From an uncultured Planctomycetota bacterium (lineage in GTDB: Bacteria; Planctomycetota; Planctomycetia; Isosphaerales; Isosphaeraceae), in NCBI GenBank assembly GCA_963737655.1, contig CAVTTN010000002.1:2848001-2912000 (forward strand): a stretch of 64,000 nucleotides of DNA, in the 5' to 3' direction. The notes below the pieces were generated by a model. It was not told the DNA's origin. It worked only from the letters and a program-made list of their open reading frames with translations, and made no database searches. A program made the position numbers and the translations under genes. Shown piece by piece: positions 10,079 to 19,737 of this stretch (position 1 is the first letter of the stretch; every line of letters begins with the position of its first letter).

Positions 10079-11560
10079 TCAGGCCACCCCTTCGAGGATC
10101 TTCTTGACGATGTTCGTGGTGCTCAGGCCGTCGAGCCTCGGGCAGATGGCCACGCGACCGCCGTACGACTCGACGAAGTCGCGGCCCACGACCGTCTCGG
10201 GCGTGTAGTCGCCGCCCTTGACCAGCACGTCGGGCTTCAGCGCCTCGATCAGGGCCATCGGCGTGTCGTCGTCGAAAAGGACGACCAGATCGATGAACGG
10301 GTAGAGCGAGAGCATGTACGACCGTTCGTCCTCGGGGACGAGCGGCCGGTTCGGGCCCTTCCCTCGGCTCACGGAGGCGTCGGTGTTCAGGCCGAGGACG
10401 AGGAAATCCCCCTGCGATCGGGCGTACTGGAGCAGGTAGGCGTGGCCGTAGTGGAGGATGTCGAAGCATCCATTGGTGAAGACGACCTTGCCCCCCTCGC
10501 GGCGGACGTCCTCGGCCCTCTCGATGGCCCGAGGGAGGTCCACGACCTTGTTCGACCGGCCGGAGGAGGCGGCGACCTCGTCGCGGAGGTGCCCGATCGA
10601 GATCGTCCCCACGCCGTACTGGCGGACGACCGCTCGCCCGGCGAGGTTCGCCAGCGCGCACGACGCCTCCAGGTCCAGGCCGGAGGCCAGGGCGATGGCC
10701 AGGGTGGCCGCCACGGCGTCGCCGGCCCCGGTCACGTCGTAGACCTGCACGGGAATCGTCGGGATGTGGGCGTGGTCCAGCCCTTCGGCGGTCTGGCGGA
10801 ACAGGGAGATCCCCTTGGCGTCGCGGGTGATCGCCAGGGCGGCCCCCCGGGTCTGTTCGATCAGCCGGGCCGCCGCGTCGGCGAGCGAAGCGTCGTCGGT
10901 GATCGGCCTCTCCGCGGCGACCTCGGCCTCCTTCACGTTGGGGGTCAGGACGGTCACCCCGGCATATCGCGAATAATCCCGGCCGTTGGGATCGACGACG
11001 ACCGGGATGCCTCGCCGCCTCGCCCCGGCCAGGGCGGCCTCGATCACCTCGGGGGCGAGGACCCCCTTGCCGTAATCTTCCAGGATCACGGCATCGGCGG
11101 TGCTCGCGGCGGAGAACGCGGCCTCGGCCAGGAGCTTCAGGGCCGTCGGATGAGGCCGACCCCGGTCTTCGCGATCCACACGCAACAACTGCTGATTCTG
11201 GGCGATGAACCGGGTCTTGACCGTCGTCCGTCGGGTCGGGTCGGCGACGAAATGAGGCGAGATCGCCTGGGACCGGGCGACCAGGTCGCGGAAGTCGGCG
11301 GCGTCGGCGTCGTCCCCGACCAGGCCGACCAGGGCGACCCGGGAACCCAGGCCCACGACCTTGTGGGCCACGTTCGCCGCCCCGCCGAGCATGCTCGCCT
11401 CGTCCTGGACTTCCAGGACCTGGATGGGCGCCTCGGGGCTGAGCCGGCCCGCCCGGCCTCGTTCATAGCGGTCGAGCATCACGTCGCCGATCACGGCCAC
11501 GGTCACGGCGCGGAGCCGGGGGATCAGTGCCTCGAGTCCAGGAGGAGCGATGGCGGACAC
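10079..11560 (-). CDS. hldE: Bifunctional D-glycero-beta-D-manno-heptose-7-phosphate kinase / heptose-1-phosphate adenylyltransferase
   Basis: GDVMLD, SPEAP, GGAANVA and DVTGAGD (PfkB kinase), plus FTNGCFDILHYGH and LVKGGDY (cytidylyltransferase-like domain). Confidence 0.95.
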   Translation of the reverse strand: MSAIAPPGLEALIPRLRAVTVAVIGDVMLDRYERGRAGRLSPEAPIQVLEVQDEASMLGGAANVAHKVVGLGSRVALVGLVGDDADAADFRDLVARSQAISPHFVADPTRRTTVKTRFIAQNQQLLRVDREDRGRPHPTALKLLAEAAFSAASTADAVILEDYGKGVLAPEVIEAALAGARRRGIPVVVDPNGRDYSRYAGVTVLTPNVKEAEVAAERPITDDASLADAAARLIEQTRGAALAITRDAKGISLFRQTAEGLDHAHIPTIPVQVYDVTGAGDAVAATLAIALASGLDLEASCALANLAGRAVVRQYGVGTISIGHLRDEVAASSGRSNKVVDLPRAIERAEDVRREGGKVVFTNGCFDILHYGHAYLLQYARSQGDFLVLGLNTDASVSRGKGPNRPLVPEDERSYMLSLYPFIDLVVLFDDDTPMALIEALKPDVLVKGGDYTPETVVGRDFVESYGGRVAICPRLDGLSTTNIVKKILEGVA

Positions 11561-11562
11561 GG

Positions 11563-12510
11563 TCAGGCCCTCCCCTCGGCCTTCAGGAACCGGGCGATCC
11601 CCTCTTCCAGGGTCGCGAACGGGGCCGAGTAGCCGAGCCCTCGGAGCCGGCCGATGTTCGACCGGGTAAAGCTCTGGTACTTGCCCCGGAGGTTCTCCGG
11701 GAACGGGACGTATTCGAGGGTGCCCTTGCCGAGCTGGGCGATCAGGGTCCGGGCGATGTCGTTGAACGACCGATCGATCCCGGTCCCCACGTTGACGATC
11801 GCCACCTTCGGCGGGCCCGAGGCGAAGAATCGATTGACCGCCACGATGTCCCCCACGAAGACGAAATCCCGCCTCTGCTCGCCGGGTCCATAGCCGTCGG
11901 TCCCCTCGAACAGGCGGGCCTTGCCGGTCGAGAGGATCTGGTTGGTGAGCTGGTGGACCATCGACGACATCTTCCCCTTATACGTCTCGTTCGGCCCGTA
12001 GACGTTGAAGTATCTCAGGCCCGCGACCGTACTCTTCAGCGAATCCCCGAGGCGGCGGACGTAGCGGTCAAACTGGAGCTTCGAATACGCGTAGACATTC
12101 AAGGGGGCCTCGCACCGAGGCTCCTCCACGCACTCGGTCGTGGCCCCGTAGACCGAGCCGCTGGACGCATAGACGAACGGCGATCCGTTCCCCAGGCTCC
12201 AGTGGAGCAGCTCCTTGGAGAACGTGTAATTGTTGTCCATCATGAACCGGCCGTCGGCCTCGGTCGTATCGGCGCAGGCCCCCTGGTGATACACGGCCGA
12301 GGGGATCGGCAGGCCGGCTCCCCCGCGTTGGAGCCGTTCGCGGAAGTCGCGGCTATCCAGGAAGTCGGCGATGGAGGAGTCGCGGAGGTTGAGGAACTTG
12401 TCTCCCAGGGTCAGGTCGTCGACGGCCAGGATGTCGTCGATCCCGTCCTCGTTGAGCCGGCGGACCAGGTTGCTGCCGATGAATCCGGCGGCCCCGGTGA
12501 CGATGTGCAT
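11563..12510 (-). CDS. hldD: ADP-L-glycero-D-manno-heptose 6-epimerase
   Basis: IVTGAAGFIGSNL, HQGACADTTE, YASS, PLNVYAYSK, LRYFNVYGP, QRRDFV. Confidence 0.95.
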   Translation of the reverse strand: MHIVTGAAGFIGSNLVRRLNEDGIDDILAVDDLTLGDKFLNLRDSSIADFLDSRDFRERLQRGGAGLPIPSAVYHQGACADTTEADGRFMMDNNYTFSKELLHWSLGNGSPFVYASSGSVYGATTECVEEPRCEAPLNVYAYSKLQFDRYVRRLGDSLKSTVAGLRYFNVYGPNETYKGKMSSMVHQLTNQILSTGKARLFEGTDGYGPGEQRRDFVFVGDIVAVNRFFASGPPKVAIVNVGTGIDRSFNDIARTLIAQLGKGTLEYVPFPENLRGKYQSFTRSNIGRLRGLGYSAPFATLEEGIARFLKAEGRA

Positions 12511-12553
12511 CGAAGCGCTCCTCTGGGCGGATCGGGGCGTCTGGGGCGAGTGT

Positions 12554-13609
12554 TCAGGCGATCGCGACCGGAGGGAGCCAGCCGGCGACGGCGGTCGCCA
12601 GGGTCTCCACGTCGATCGATTGCATGCAGTGGGGGCGGACCTCGCAGTCCTTCAGGTAACAGCAACGGCATCCCAGGGGGGTCACCACCTTCTCGCCCTT
12701 CCCGTAGGTCTCGATCTCGTCGGCTGAGGTCGGGCCATAGAAGGAAATCGTCGGCCGATCCACGGCCACGGCCAGGTGGAGGGCCAGCGAGTCGCTCGTG
12801 ACCAGGAGCGAGCACCGCTCGATCAGGGCGGCGAATTCCAGGATCGAGAGTCCCGAAGGTCCGGCCACGATCGCCCCGGGGCGATCGGCCTCGGTCACGA
12901 TCGAGGAATTCCGGTCCGCCTCGGCCTCCCCGCCCAGGATCACCACCCGGACCCCGCGTTCGTCGTGGAGACGCCGGGCCAGCAGTGCCGTCTGATCCTG
13001 CCCCCAGCTCTTGAACCGCCACCGGCCGCCGGCCCCGGTATTCATCCCCACCAGGGGCGTTTCGGCATCCCAACCCCGGCTCGCCGCCCAGGACGACGCG
13101 ACCTCTCGGTGAGCCTCGCCGACCGGAAGGCTCGTCCGACCGACCGGCCCAGGCAGGCCCAGGCACTGATAGAGCAAGGCCGCGACGGTCTTCGTGTTGA
13201 CTTTTTTCAGGGCGTTGGCCGCCTCAAGGCCCCCGCGAGATGCCGGGCGGAGGATCCCCATCCCGAACCAGGGTTCCACATCCTCGGTGTACAGACGATT
13301 GCCATCCGGGCCGAGGAATCCGCCGCTGATCTTCGGAGACTCCAGGGAGCTCGCCAGCTCGCACTCGTCCCGCCCGTCGTCCAGAGAGATCACCCAGTCA
13401 TACGCCCGGGAGCGCCATGGGGCGTCGGCCGGGTCGTCCAGGCGGACGGCTTCGGCCACTCCGCGAAGGCCGTGGACCAGCTCCAGGGCGCCCGGGGCGG
13501 TGATCCAGGTCAATTCCATCTCCGGATCGAGCCGGAAAAGGCCGGGCAGGATCGCCGTGGTTCGGACCACGTCCCCCAGGGCACCGGTCTTGATCAGGGC
13601 GACTCTCAT
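12554..13609 (-). CDS. Glycosyltransferase family 9 (heptosyltransferase-like)
   Basis: IKTGALGDVVRT and LVTSDSLALHLAVAV..SFYGPT; the ATG at 13609 overlaps the upstream gene's stop (ATGA). Confidence 0.9.
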   Translation of the reverse strand: MRVALIKTGALGDVVRTTAILPGLFRLDPEMELTWITAPGALELVHGLRGVAEAVRLDDPADAPWRSRAYDWVISLDDGRDECELASSLESPKISGGFLGPDGNRLYTEDVEPWFGMGILRPASRGGLEAANALKKVNTKTVAALLYQCLGLPGPVGRTSLPVGEAHREVASSWAASRGWDAETPLVGMNTGAGGRWRFKSWGQDQTALLARRLHDERGVRVVILGGEAEADRNSSIVTEADRPGAIVAGPSGLSILEFAALIERCSLLVTSDSLALHLAVAVDRPTISFYGPTSADEIETYGKGEKVVTPLGCRCCYLKDCEVRPHCMQSIDVETLATAVAGWLPPVAIA

Positions 13610-14769
13610 CGGGACCACGCCTCATTCATCTCGGCTGCGACGATCGTCCAATCATACCGCTCCAGGACGGCCTGCCGCCCCTTCCGGGCGATCTCGGCTC
13701 GCTCCTCGGCCGAGCCGAGGACCCGCTCCACGGCGGAGGCGAAGTCCTTCGCCCCTTCGGCGATCACGATCCCCTCGCCCTCGGCCAGCTCCAGCCCTTC
13801 GGGGCCCTTGGGGGTCGTGACGACCAGCCTCTGATACGCCAGGGCCTCGAGGATCTTGCCCCGGGTCCCGCTGCCATCCAGCACGGGCACCAGCGCCACG
13901 GCATGCTCCTCGTACAGGGGCCGGAGGTCCCGGGGCGAATCCTCGAACCGGATCCCCTCCCGGGCCAACCTCGCTCGAAGCGGCTCGCCCGCCCCGGACC
14001 CGGCCACGGTGATGGAAACGCCGGGAGGAAGCCGAGGAGCCACCTCGTCCAGGAACCACAGCAGGCCCATCACGTTCGGATGATAGGACAGGTTCCCCAC
14101 GAGCAGCAACTTCGGCACGCTCGGGACGGGTGTCGGGGCGATCCCTCGGACATCCGCTCCATTCCGGGTGGTCGTCCATCGGGCCGCCGGGATCATCGCC
14201 GAATACCGCTGGCGATCCCTCTCCGAGTACGCGAAGGCGATGTCCGCGATCGTCGCGGCCCGCCTCTCGAAGTGGCGGAGGGCCTGCACCTGGATCGCCT
14301 TGAAGAACTCCCGGGCAAGCGGGACCGGGGACGACCCGATCGCGGAATACAGGTCGCTCTCCACGTTGTGAAACGTGACCGATTCCTTCGCTCCCGACCG
14401 CTGGCCCCGGACCCCCGGCAGGTAGTAGGCCATCCGAAGCTCCTCGGCGTGGATCACGTCGGGCCGCCACTCGGCCACGACTTCATCGACCCGACGGACC
14501 AGCGCCTGGCTCCTCTGGTTCTGATGGAAGGAGCGCATCGCCCCGAACGCCATTCGGACCGGCCGCGGTTGACGCCCCGGAGGGAGAAACTCCGCCGAGA
14601 CCCCCGGGACGGCCGCCGGTTCCTCGGACTCCGAGGCCAGGTCCAGGCCGAGGAGCCGCAGATCGACCCCCGACAACCGTCCGACCGCGGGCCAAAGATG
14701 GTGATTCCGCACCCGGGTCCCAGTGACCGGAGGATTGGGCCGATCACCGATGATCGCGAGGACTTTCAT
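13606..14769 (-). CDS. Glycosyltransferase family 4 (GT-B)
   Basis: Start MKVLAIIG; FHNVESD, GNLSYHPN, GSGTRGKILEALAY, ERYDW. Confidence 0.88.
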   Translation of the reverse strand: MKVLAIIGDRPNPPVTGTRVRNHHLWPAVGRLSGVDLRLLGLDLASESEEPAAVPGVSAEFLPPGRQPRPVRMAFGAMRSFHQNQRSQALVRRVDEVVAEWRPDVIHAEELRMAYYLPGVRGQRSGAKESVTFHNVESDLYSAIGSSPVPLAREFFKAIQVQALRHFERRAATIADIAFAYSERDRQRYSAMIPAARWTTTRNGADVRGIAPTPVPSVPKLLLVGNLSYHPNVMGLLWFLDEVAPRLPPGVSITVAGSGAGEPLRARLAREGIRFEDSPRDLRPLYEEHAVALVPVLDGSGTRGKILEALAYQRLVVTTPKGPEGLELAEGEGIVIAEGAKDFASAVERVLGSAEERAEIARKGRQAVLERYDWTIVAAEMNEAWSR

Positions 14770-15150
14770 AAGGCGAGGACGACCCAGGATCGGCGGGAGG
14801 ATGCGGCAACGCAGGGAGAGGCCGGGCGAAAGCCCCGCCTTCGGCCCCAAGAGTATAGCGACCGGAACCCGGCCCGTCGACACCCCGCCGGCACCACCTC
14901 GCCGAGGGATCCGGTCACCGAGGTTGGCGGCCCGGCAGCCAGAACCACTCGGAGTCGCGGGCCAGCCCCGCCCGACAAATGCGATGGGAGTTCAGCACTT
15001 CGATCACGACAACGGAATCAGGAAGGGCTTCCGGTAAACGCACATCAGGCAGTCTTCGCAGATTGGGAAAACGAAAAAACAACATGTTTTACTTATGATC
15101 TGAATAATAGGCGAATCCCCTACACCGGATCACCCTCGGACCGTGCGCGG

Positions 15151-15207
15151 GTAGGGCAGGCCCTGGCCTGCCGTCTTCGCGGATCGGCAGGCCAGGGCCT
15201 GCCCTAC
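15151..15207. repeat. GTAG-type REP doublet (REPIN), family A
   Basis: Perfect 23-bp inverted arms gtagggcaggccctggcctgccg / cggcaggccagggcctgccctac; each arm is GTAG plus an internal palindrome; homologous copies at 51244-51302 and 63042-63100. Confidence 0.85.
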
Positions 15208-15466
15208 GAAGAATCGTCGTGCGCGGCCCCCTTCCAGGCGAAGATCCCCGGCCCGGCCAAAAGTCTTCGGCTGGCGAGGGCCGGATGTCGATCCCAGAAA
15301 CCAGGCACGCACCGTTGAATGATTTCCATCATGCATGCATTCACTCACAAAATCGTGAACGATGGCACTTTTCTCTGGACGAGCACCCGGATCGCATCGT
15401 AATCTGGGAGAAATGTTGTCGTTCCGGCGACGAGGCGTTCTCCGCGAAGGTCAGGGGAGCAGCGCG

Positions 15467-17200
15467 ATGAAGAGGACGAGTCGGACCTGGCGAGGCGGCC
15501 TGGTGGGCCTCGCGGCGATCCTGGGGCTGTCGGTCGTCGCGATGGCGGCCGGGCCCGACGGCTCCAAGACGAAGACGGCCAAGGGGAAGGACGCCTCGGC
15601 GTCCCGGTCTTCGGCCGTCGATGACATGCTCCAGGATGGCTGGAAGGCGGCCAAGGTCAAGTCGTCGCGAGCGGCCACCGACGAGGAGTTCCTCCGCCGC
15701 GCCTACCTCGACCTCCTCGGCCGGATCCCCAACGTCCAGGAGGCGACGGCCTTCCTGGAGAACAAGGACAAGGGGAAGCGGATCAAGCTCGTCGATTACC
15801 TGCTCGCCCACCCGGACTTCGCGAAGAACTTCGCCAACGAATGGCGGATCGTCCTGGTCGGACGCAAGCCCCAGGGCCGCGACGTGGATTCCGGGGCCCT
15901 GGCCTCCTGGCTCCGCAAGGAGATCGTCGCCGAACGCCCCTGGAACGAGATGGCCTACGAGCTGATCACCGCCAAGGGCAATAACAAGGAGAACGGCGCC
16001 GTCAACTACCCCATGAGCCACATGGAAGACGGCGCCATCAACCTGACCTCCTTCACCACCCGCGTCTTCCTCGGCCAGCAGATCCAGTGCACCCAGTGCC
16101 ACGACCACCCGTCGAACAACTGGAAGCAGTCGGATTTCTGGGGCATCAACGCCTTCTTCAAGGGGCTGAGGTCCGAACGGGTCATGAAGACCGACGCCGC
16201 CGGCGCCGAGGTCTACGACCACACCGAGGTCCGCGACGACCCGGTGGCCGACGCGCACTCCCGGTTCGAGAGGCGGAATGCGGTCGTCGGGGTCGCCTAT
16301 CCCACCTATCTGGACGGCACCAAGCTGGGCCTGGCGACCGCCGGCGCCGCCGAGGACGACGATCCCGGTCGCCGCCTCCTGGAAGCCAACGTACGGCTCG
16401 CCCAGGCCGGAGGGACCAAGACCAACCCCACCGCCGACGTGAACCTCCGCGAAAGCCTCGGCAAGCTCATCACCGAGAAGGACAAGAAGCAACTCGCTCG
16501 GGCCTTCGTCAACCGGACCTGGGGCCATTTCATGGGACGAGGGTTCGTCCAGCCGGTGGACGACTTCGGCGACCACAACAAGCCGAGCCATCCGGAACTC
16601 CTCGAACGCCTGGCCGACGACTTCATCGCCTCGAAATTCAACATCAAGGGCCTGATCCGCACGATCATGGCCAGCGAGGCCTACAACGTCTCCAGCGCGA
16701 CCACCAAGGAGAATGAGAAGGACGAGACCCTCTTCAGTCACATGGCGCTGAAGCCGCTCACGCCCGAGCAACTCTTCGACTCCCTGATCACGGCGACCTC
16801 CGCGCACCGGACCGCCGGCGAAGGCTCGGACAAGCTCCGCAACCAGTGGCTCGGCCAGTTCACCGTCACGTTCGCCAATGACGAAGAGGGGGAGAACTCG
16901 AACTTCCAGGGCACGATCCCCCAGGCCCTGATGATGATGAACGGCGAGCTCATGGCCAAGGCCACCGGCGGAGGCAAGGGCAGCTTCCTGGCCGACGTCG
17001 TGGAGAAGTCGCAAGCGACCCGCAACCCGCCGCGGTTCGTGGTCGATCGACTGTACCTGGCCGCCCTCAGCCGTCATCCGACGAACCCCGAACTCACCAA
17101 CGCGGCCGCCTTCCTCAACGCCAACCCGGACTCGATCCAGGTGGTCGAGGACCTGTTCTGGTCCCTGCTGAACTCCAACGAGTTCGTCCTGAATCACTGA
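15467..17200 (+). CDS. DUF1549/DUF1553 domain protein (planctomycete-specific), secreted
   Basis: Signal peptide; DEEFLRRAYLDLLGRIP, IQCTQCHDHP, RAFVNRTWGHFMGRGFV, PSHPELL, DLFWSLLNSNEF. Confidence 0.9.
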   Translation: MKRTSRTWRGGLVGLAAILGLSVVAMAAGPDGSKTKTAKGKDASASRSSAVDDMLQDGWKAAKVKSSRAATDEEFLRRAYLDLLGRIPNVQEATAFLENKDKGKRIKLVDYLLAHPDFAKNFANEWRIVLVGRKPQGRDVDSGALASWLRKEIVAERPWNEMAYELITAKGNNKENGAVNYPMSHMEDGAINLTSFTTRVFLGQQIQCTQCHDHPSNNWKQSDFWGINAFFKGLRSERVMKTDAAGAEVYDHTEVRDDPVADAHSRFERRNAVVGVAYPTYLDGTKLGLATAGAAEDDDPGRRLLEANVRLAQAGGTKTNPTADVNLRESLGKLITEKDKKQLARAFVNRTWGHFMGRGFVQPVDDFGDHNKPSHPELLERLADDFIASKFNIKGLIRTIMASEAYNVSSATTKENEKDETLFSHMALKPLTPEQLFDSLITATSAHRTAGEGSDKLRNQWLGQFTVTFANDEEGENSNFQGTIPQALMMMNGELMAKATGGGKGSFLADVVEKSQATRNPPRFVVDRLYLAALSRHPTNPELTNAAAFLNANPDSIQVVEDLFWSLLNSNEFVLNH

Positions 17201-17309
17201 CCGCGCCCGCCCCGCTCGACCGCCCCGACCGGGGCGGGCTCGTCGCCCGCCCTCGCCACCCGCCTCCCTCGTCTCACCCTCGGCCGCTTTTCTTGGGGGT
17301 TCTGGACCG

Positions 17310-18595
17310 ATGTTCGACCGCCTGATCACGCCCAGCGGAATGACCCGCCGCCACTTCCTCGGGCACATGGCGACCACGGCCATGGCCCTCCCCGCCATGC
17401 ATTTCGTCTCGGCCATGAACGCCCAGGCCGAGACCCTCCGCAAGAACAACAAGAGCCTGATCCTGCTGTGGATGGGCGGCGGGCCCAGCCACATGGACAC
17501 CTGGGACCTCAAGCCCGAGAGCGAGAAGAACGGCGGCGAATTCCGGCCGATCGAGACTCGCGCCCCGGAGTTCGGATCTCCGAGCACCTGCCGACCGTCG
17601 CCAAGCAGTTCAAGCACCTGAACATCGTCCGGTCGCTGAACTCCAAGGAAGGCAACCACGACCGCGGCACGTACATGATGCACACGGGATATTCCCCGAA
17701 CCCGACGGTCGTCCATCCGTCGTTCGGCTCGGTGATCTCCTACGAGTTGGGCGAGCATCTCGGGCCCGACTTCGCCCTGCCCCACGCCATCTCGATCAAC
17801 GGCCCCGGCGAAGGCCCCGGCTTCCTCGGGATGACCCATTCCCCCTTCATGGTCCAGAACCCCACGGCCCCGATCGCCAACCTCCTGCCCCCGGCCGGAG
17901 TGGACGACGCCCGGATGCACCGCCGCCTGACGATGCTGAGCCTCGCCGAGAACTCGTTCGGCTCCCAGAAGCGCGGTCAGGGCGCGGCCGACCACAAGGC
18001 GGTCTACGCCAAGACCGTCAAGATGATGCAGGGGCCGTACACCAAGGTCTTCAAGCTCGACGACGAGCCGGCCGAGGTCCGCGACAAGTACGGACGCAAC
18101 AACTTCGGCCAGGGCTGCCTGATGGCCCGCCGTCTGGTCGAGGCCGGCGTCTCGTTCGTCGAGGTCTCCATGGGCGGCTGGGACATGCACGCCAACATCT
18201 TCGACTCCCTCTCCAAGAACCAGCTTCCCCAGCTCGACAAGGGCATGGGCACCCTGGTGGAAGATCTCGCCCAGCGCGGACTCCTCGAAAACACGATGGT
18301 CGTCTGGATGGGCGAGTTCGGCCGGACCCCCCGGATCAACCAGAACGGCGGTCGCGACCACTGGCCGCGCTCCTGGTCGGTCGTCATGGGCGGTGGTGGC
18401 CTCAAGGGAGGCCAGCTCGTCGGGGCCACCGACAAGGACGGCGTCGAGGTCATCGACCGAGAGGTCGGCGTGATGGACATCATCGGCACCATGGCCAAGG
18501 GCATGGGAATCGACATCGCCACCGAGTACACCACCCCCCGAGGCCGGCCGATCAAGGTCGTCGACGGCGGGGCGCCGATCAAGGAACTCTTCTGA
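17310..18595 (+). CDS. DUF1501 domain protein with Tat signal; one frameshift near 17565 (probable sequencing error)
   Basis: MTRRHFLG, LLWMGGGPSHMDTWDLKP, then a frame change (gccccgga lacks one C) into GVRISEHLP, GQGCLMARRLVEAGV, GGWDMH, GEFGRTPRIN, GRDHW. Confidence 0.85.
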
Positions 18596-18604
18596 TCGAC
18601 GAGA

Positions 18605-18684
18605 CGATCGGCCGAGGACGCCGACGCCCGCGGATAAGAATCCCTTGATTCTTATCCGCGGGCGTCGGCGTCCTCGGCCGATCG
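18605..18684. repeat. Perfect 38-bp inverted repeat (4-nt loop) between convergent genes; possible bidirectional terminator or REP-like element
   Basis: cgatcggccgaggacgccgacgcccgcggataagaatc-cctt-gattcttatccgcgggcgtcggcgtcctcggccgatcg. Confidence 0.85.
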
Positions 18685-18699
18685 CACGATCTCCCTCGA

Positions 18700-19515
18700 T
18701 TATCGCAGTCGGAGCCGGTTCCAATCCCCCTCGACGATGCGGTCGAGTCGGGTCTCGAGGATCGCCGGGGTCATCGGCGCCGGCACGACCCGGCCCGACA
18801 GGCCCATGGGCCGATTCGTGGCGAGCCAGGCCACCATCTCAGCGACGACCTCCGGGCCGACTTCCTTCCCCTCGGCGAAGGCCTCGGTGAACTGCGGGAG
18901 GAACCGTCGGCCTTCGGGGCTGTGGAGCAGGTGATTCATGACTTCGGTGGGGACGAGGCCGGGATTCACCGCGAAGATCGGCAGGCCGTCGCGCCTCCAC
19001 TCCTCGGCCCAGGTCTCGACCAATCGGACCAGCCCTGCCTGCGCCGCCGCGTAGCCCGAGGCGTGGGCGAGGTCGCCATTGTGACCCGGGCCCACGAGCA
19101 CGCAAAACGAACCAGTCGCCGACTTTCGGACGAGCGGCAAGGTCGCGCGGACGGTCGCAAACGTCCCTCGCAACGCGGTTTCCACGTCCTGCCACCACTC
19201 CGAGGGATCGACGGCGCCGACCGGCCCGATCGCCCGAAGTCGCCCGGCGGCGCCTACGACCGCATCGAGCCGACCGGCCCACTCCCCGATCCGGGCGATC
19301 GCCCGATCGAGCGATCCCGGGTCGGTCACGTCGGCCGAAAACCCTCGCGCATGTCCCCCAAGATCCCGGATCGCGGCGGCCGACGCCTCGACCTGCTCGA
19401 GCGACCTCGCCACGACGGCCACCGCGAACCCCTCGGCGGCCAGCCTCGCGGCAATCGCCCGTCCCAGGCCCCGGCCCCCTCCGGTGACCATCGCGACTCG
19501 ATCGGGCGTCGTCAT
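18700..19515 (-). CDS. SDR family oxidoreductase
   Basis: VAMVTGGGRGLG, ADVTD, YAAAQ in place of YxxxK, AVNPGLVPT. Confidence 0.85.
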   Translation of the reverse strand: MTTPDRVAMVTGGGRGLGRAIAARLAAEGFAVAVVARSLEQVEASAAAIRDLGGHARGFSADVTDPGSLDRAIARIGEWAGRLDAVVGAAGRLRAIGPVGAVDPSEWWQDVETALRGTFATVRATLPLVRKSATGSFCVLVGPGHNGDLAHASGYAAAQAGLVRLVETWAEEWRRDGLPIFAVNPGLVPTEVMNHLLHSPEGRRFLPQFTEAFAEGKEVGPEVVAEMVAWLATNRPMGLSGRVVPAPMTPAILETRLDRIVEGDWNRLRLR

Positions 19516-19737
19516 CGTCGGCCTCCTCCGGACTTCGATGGGGCCATTATGGGCCGGACCCGGGCCATCGCCAAGCCGTGGCGAGATCGCCCGTCTCCGC
19601 CCTCGGACTGCCGGGCTGGGCGGGAACGGTGGATTCCCGGGCGTTCTCGCCGGTTTTTTCGTTGCGACCGGCCCGAGACCGGGTATTTTAGGAGACAGAA
19701 ACCCCTCTGGCCCGACCGATCCCCTGGGGGCCTTTCG

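Noticed and set aside
17555..17575. Programmed frameshift in the DUF1501 gene
   Set aside because: No slippery heptamer or stimulatory structure; one missing C in a C-run fits the indel-error pattern seen elsewhere.
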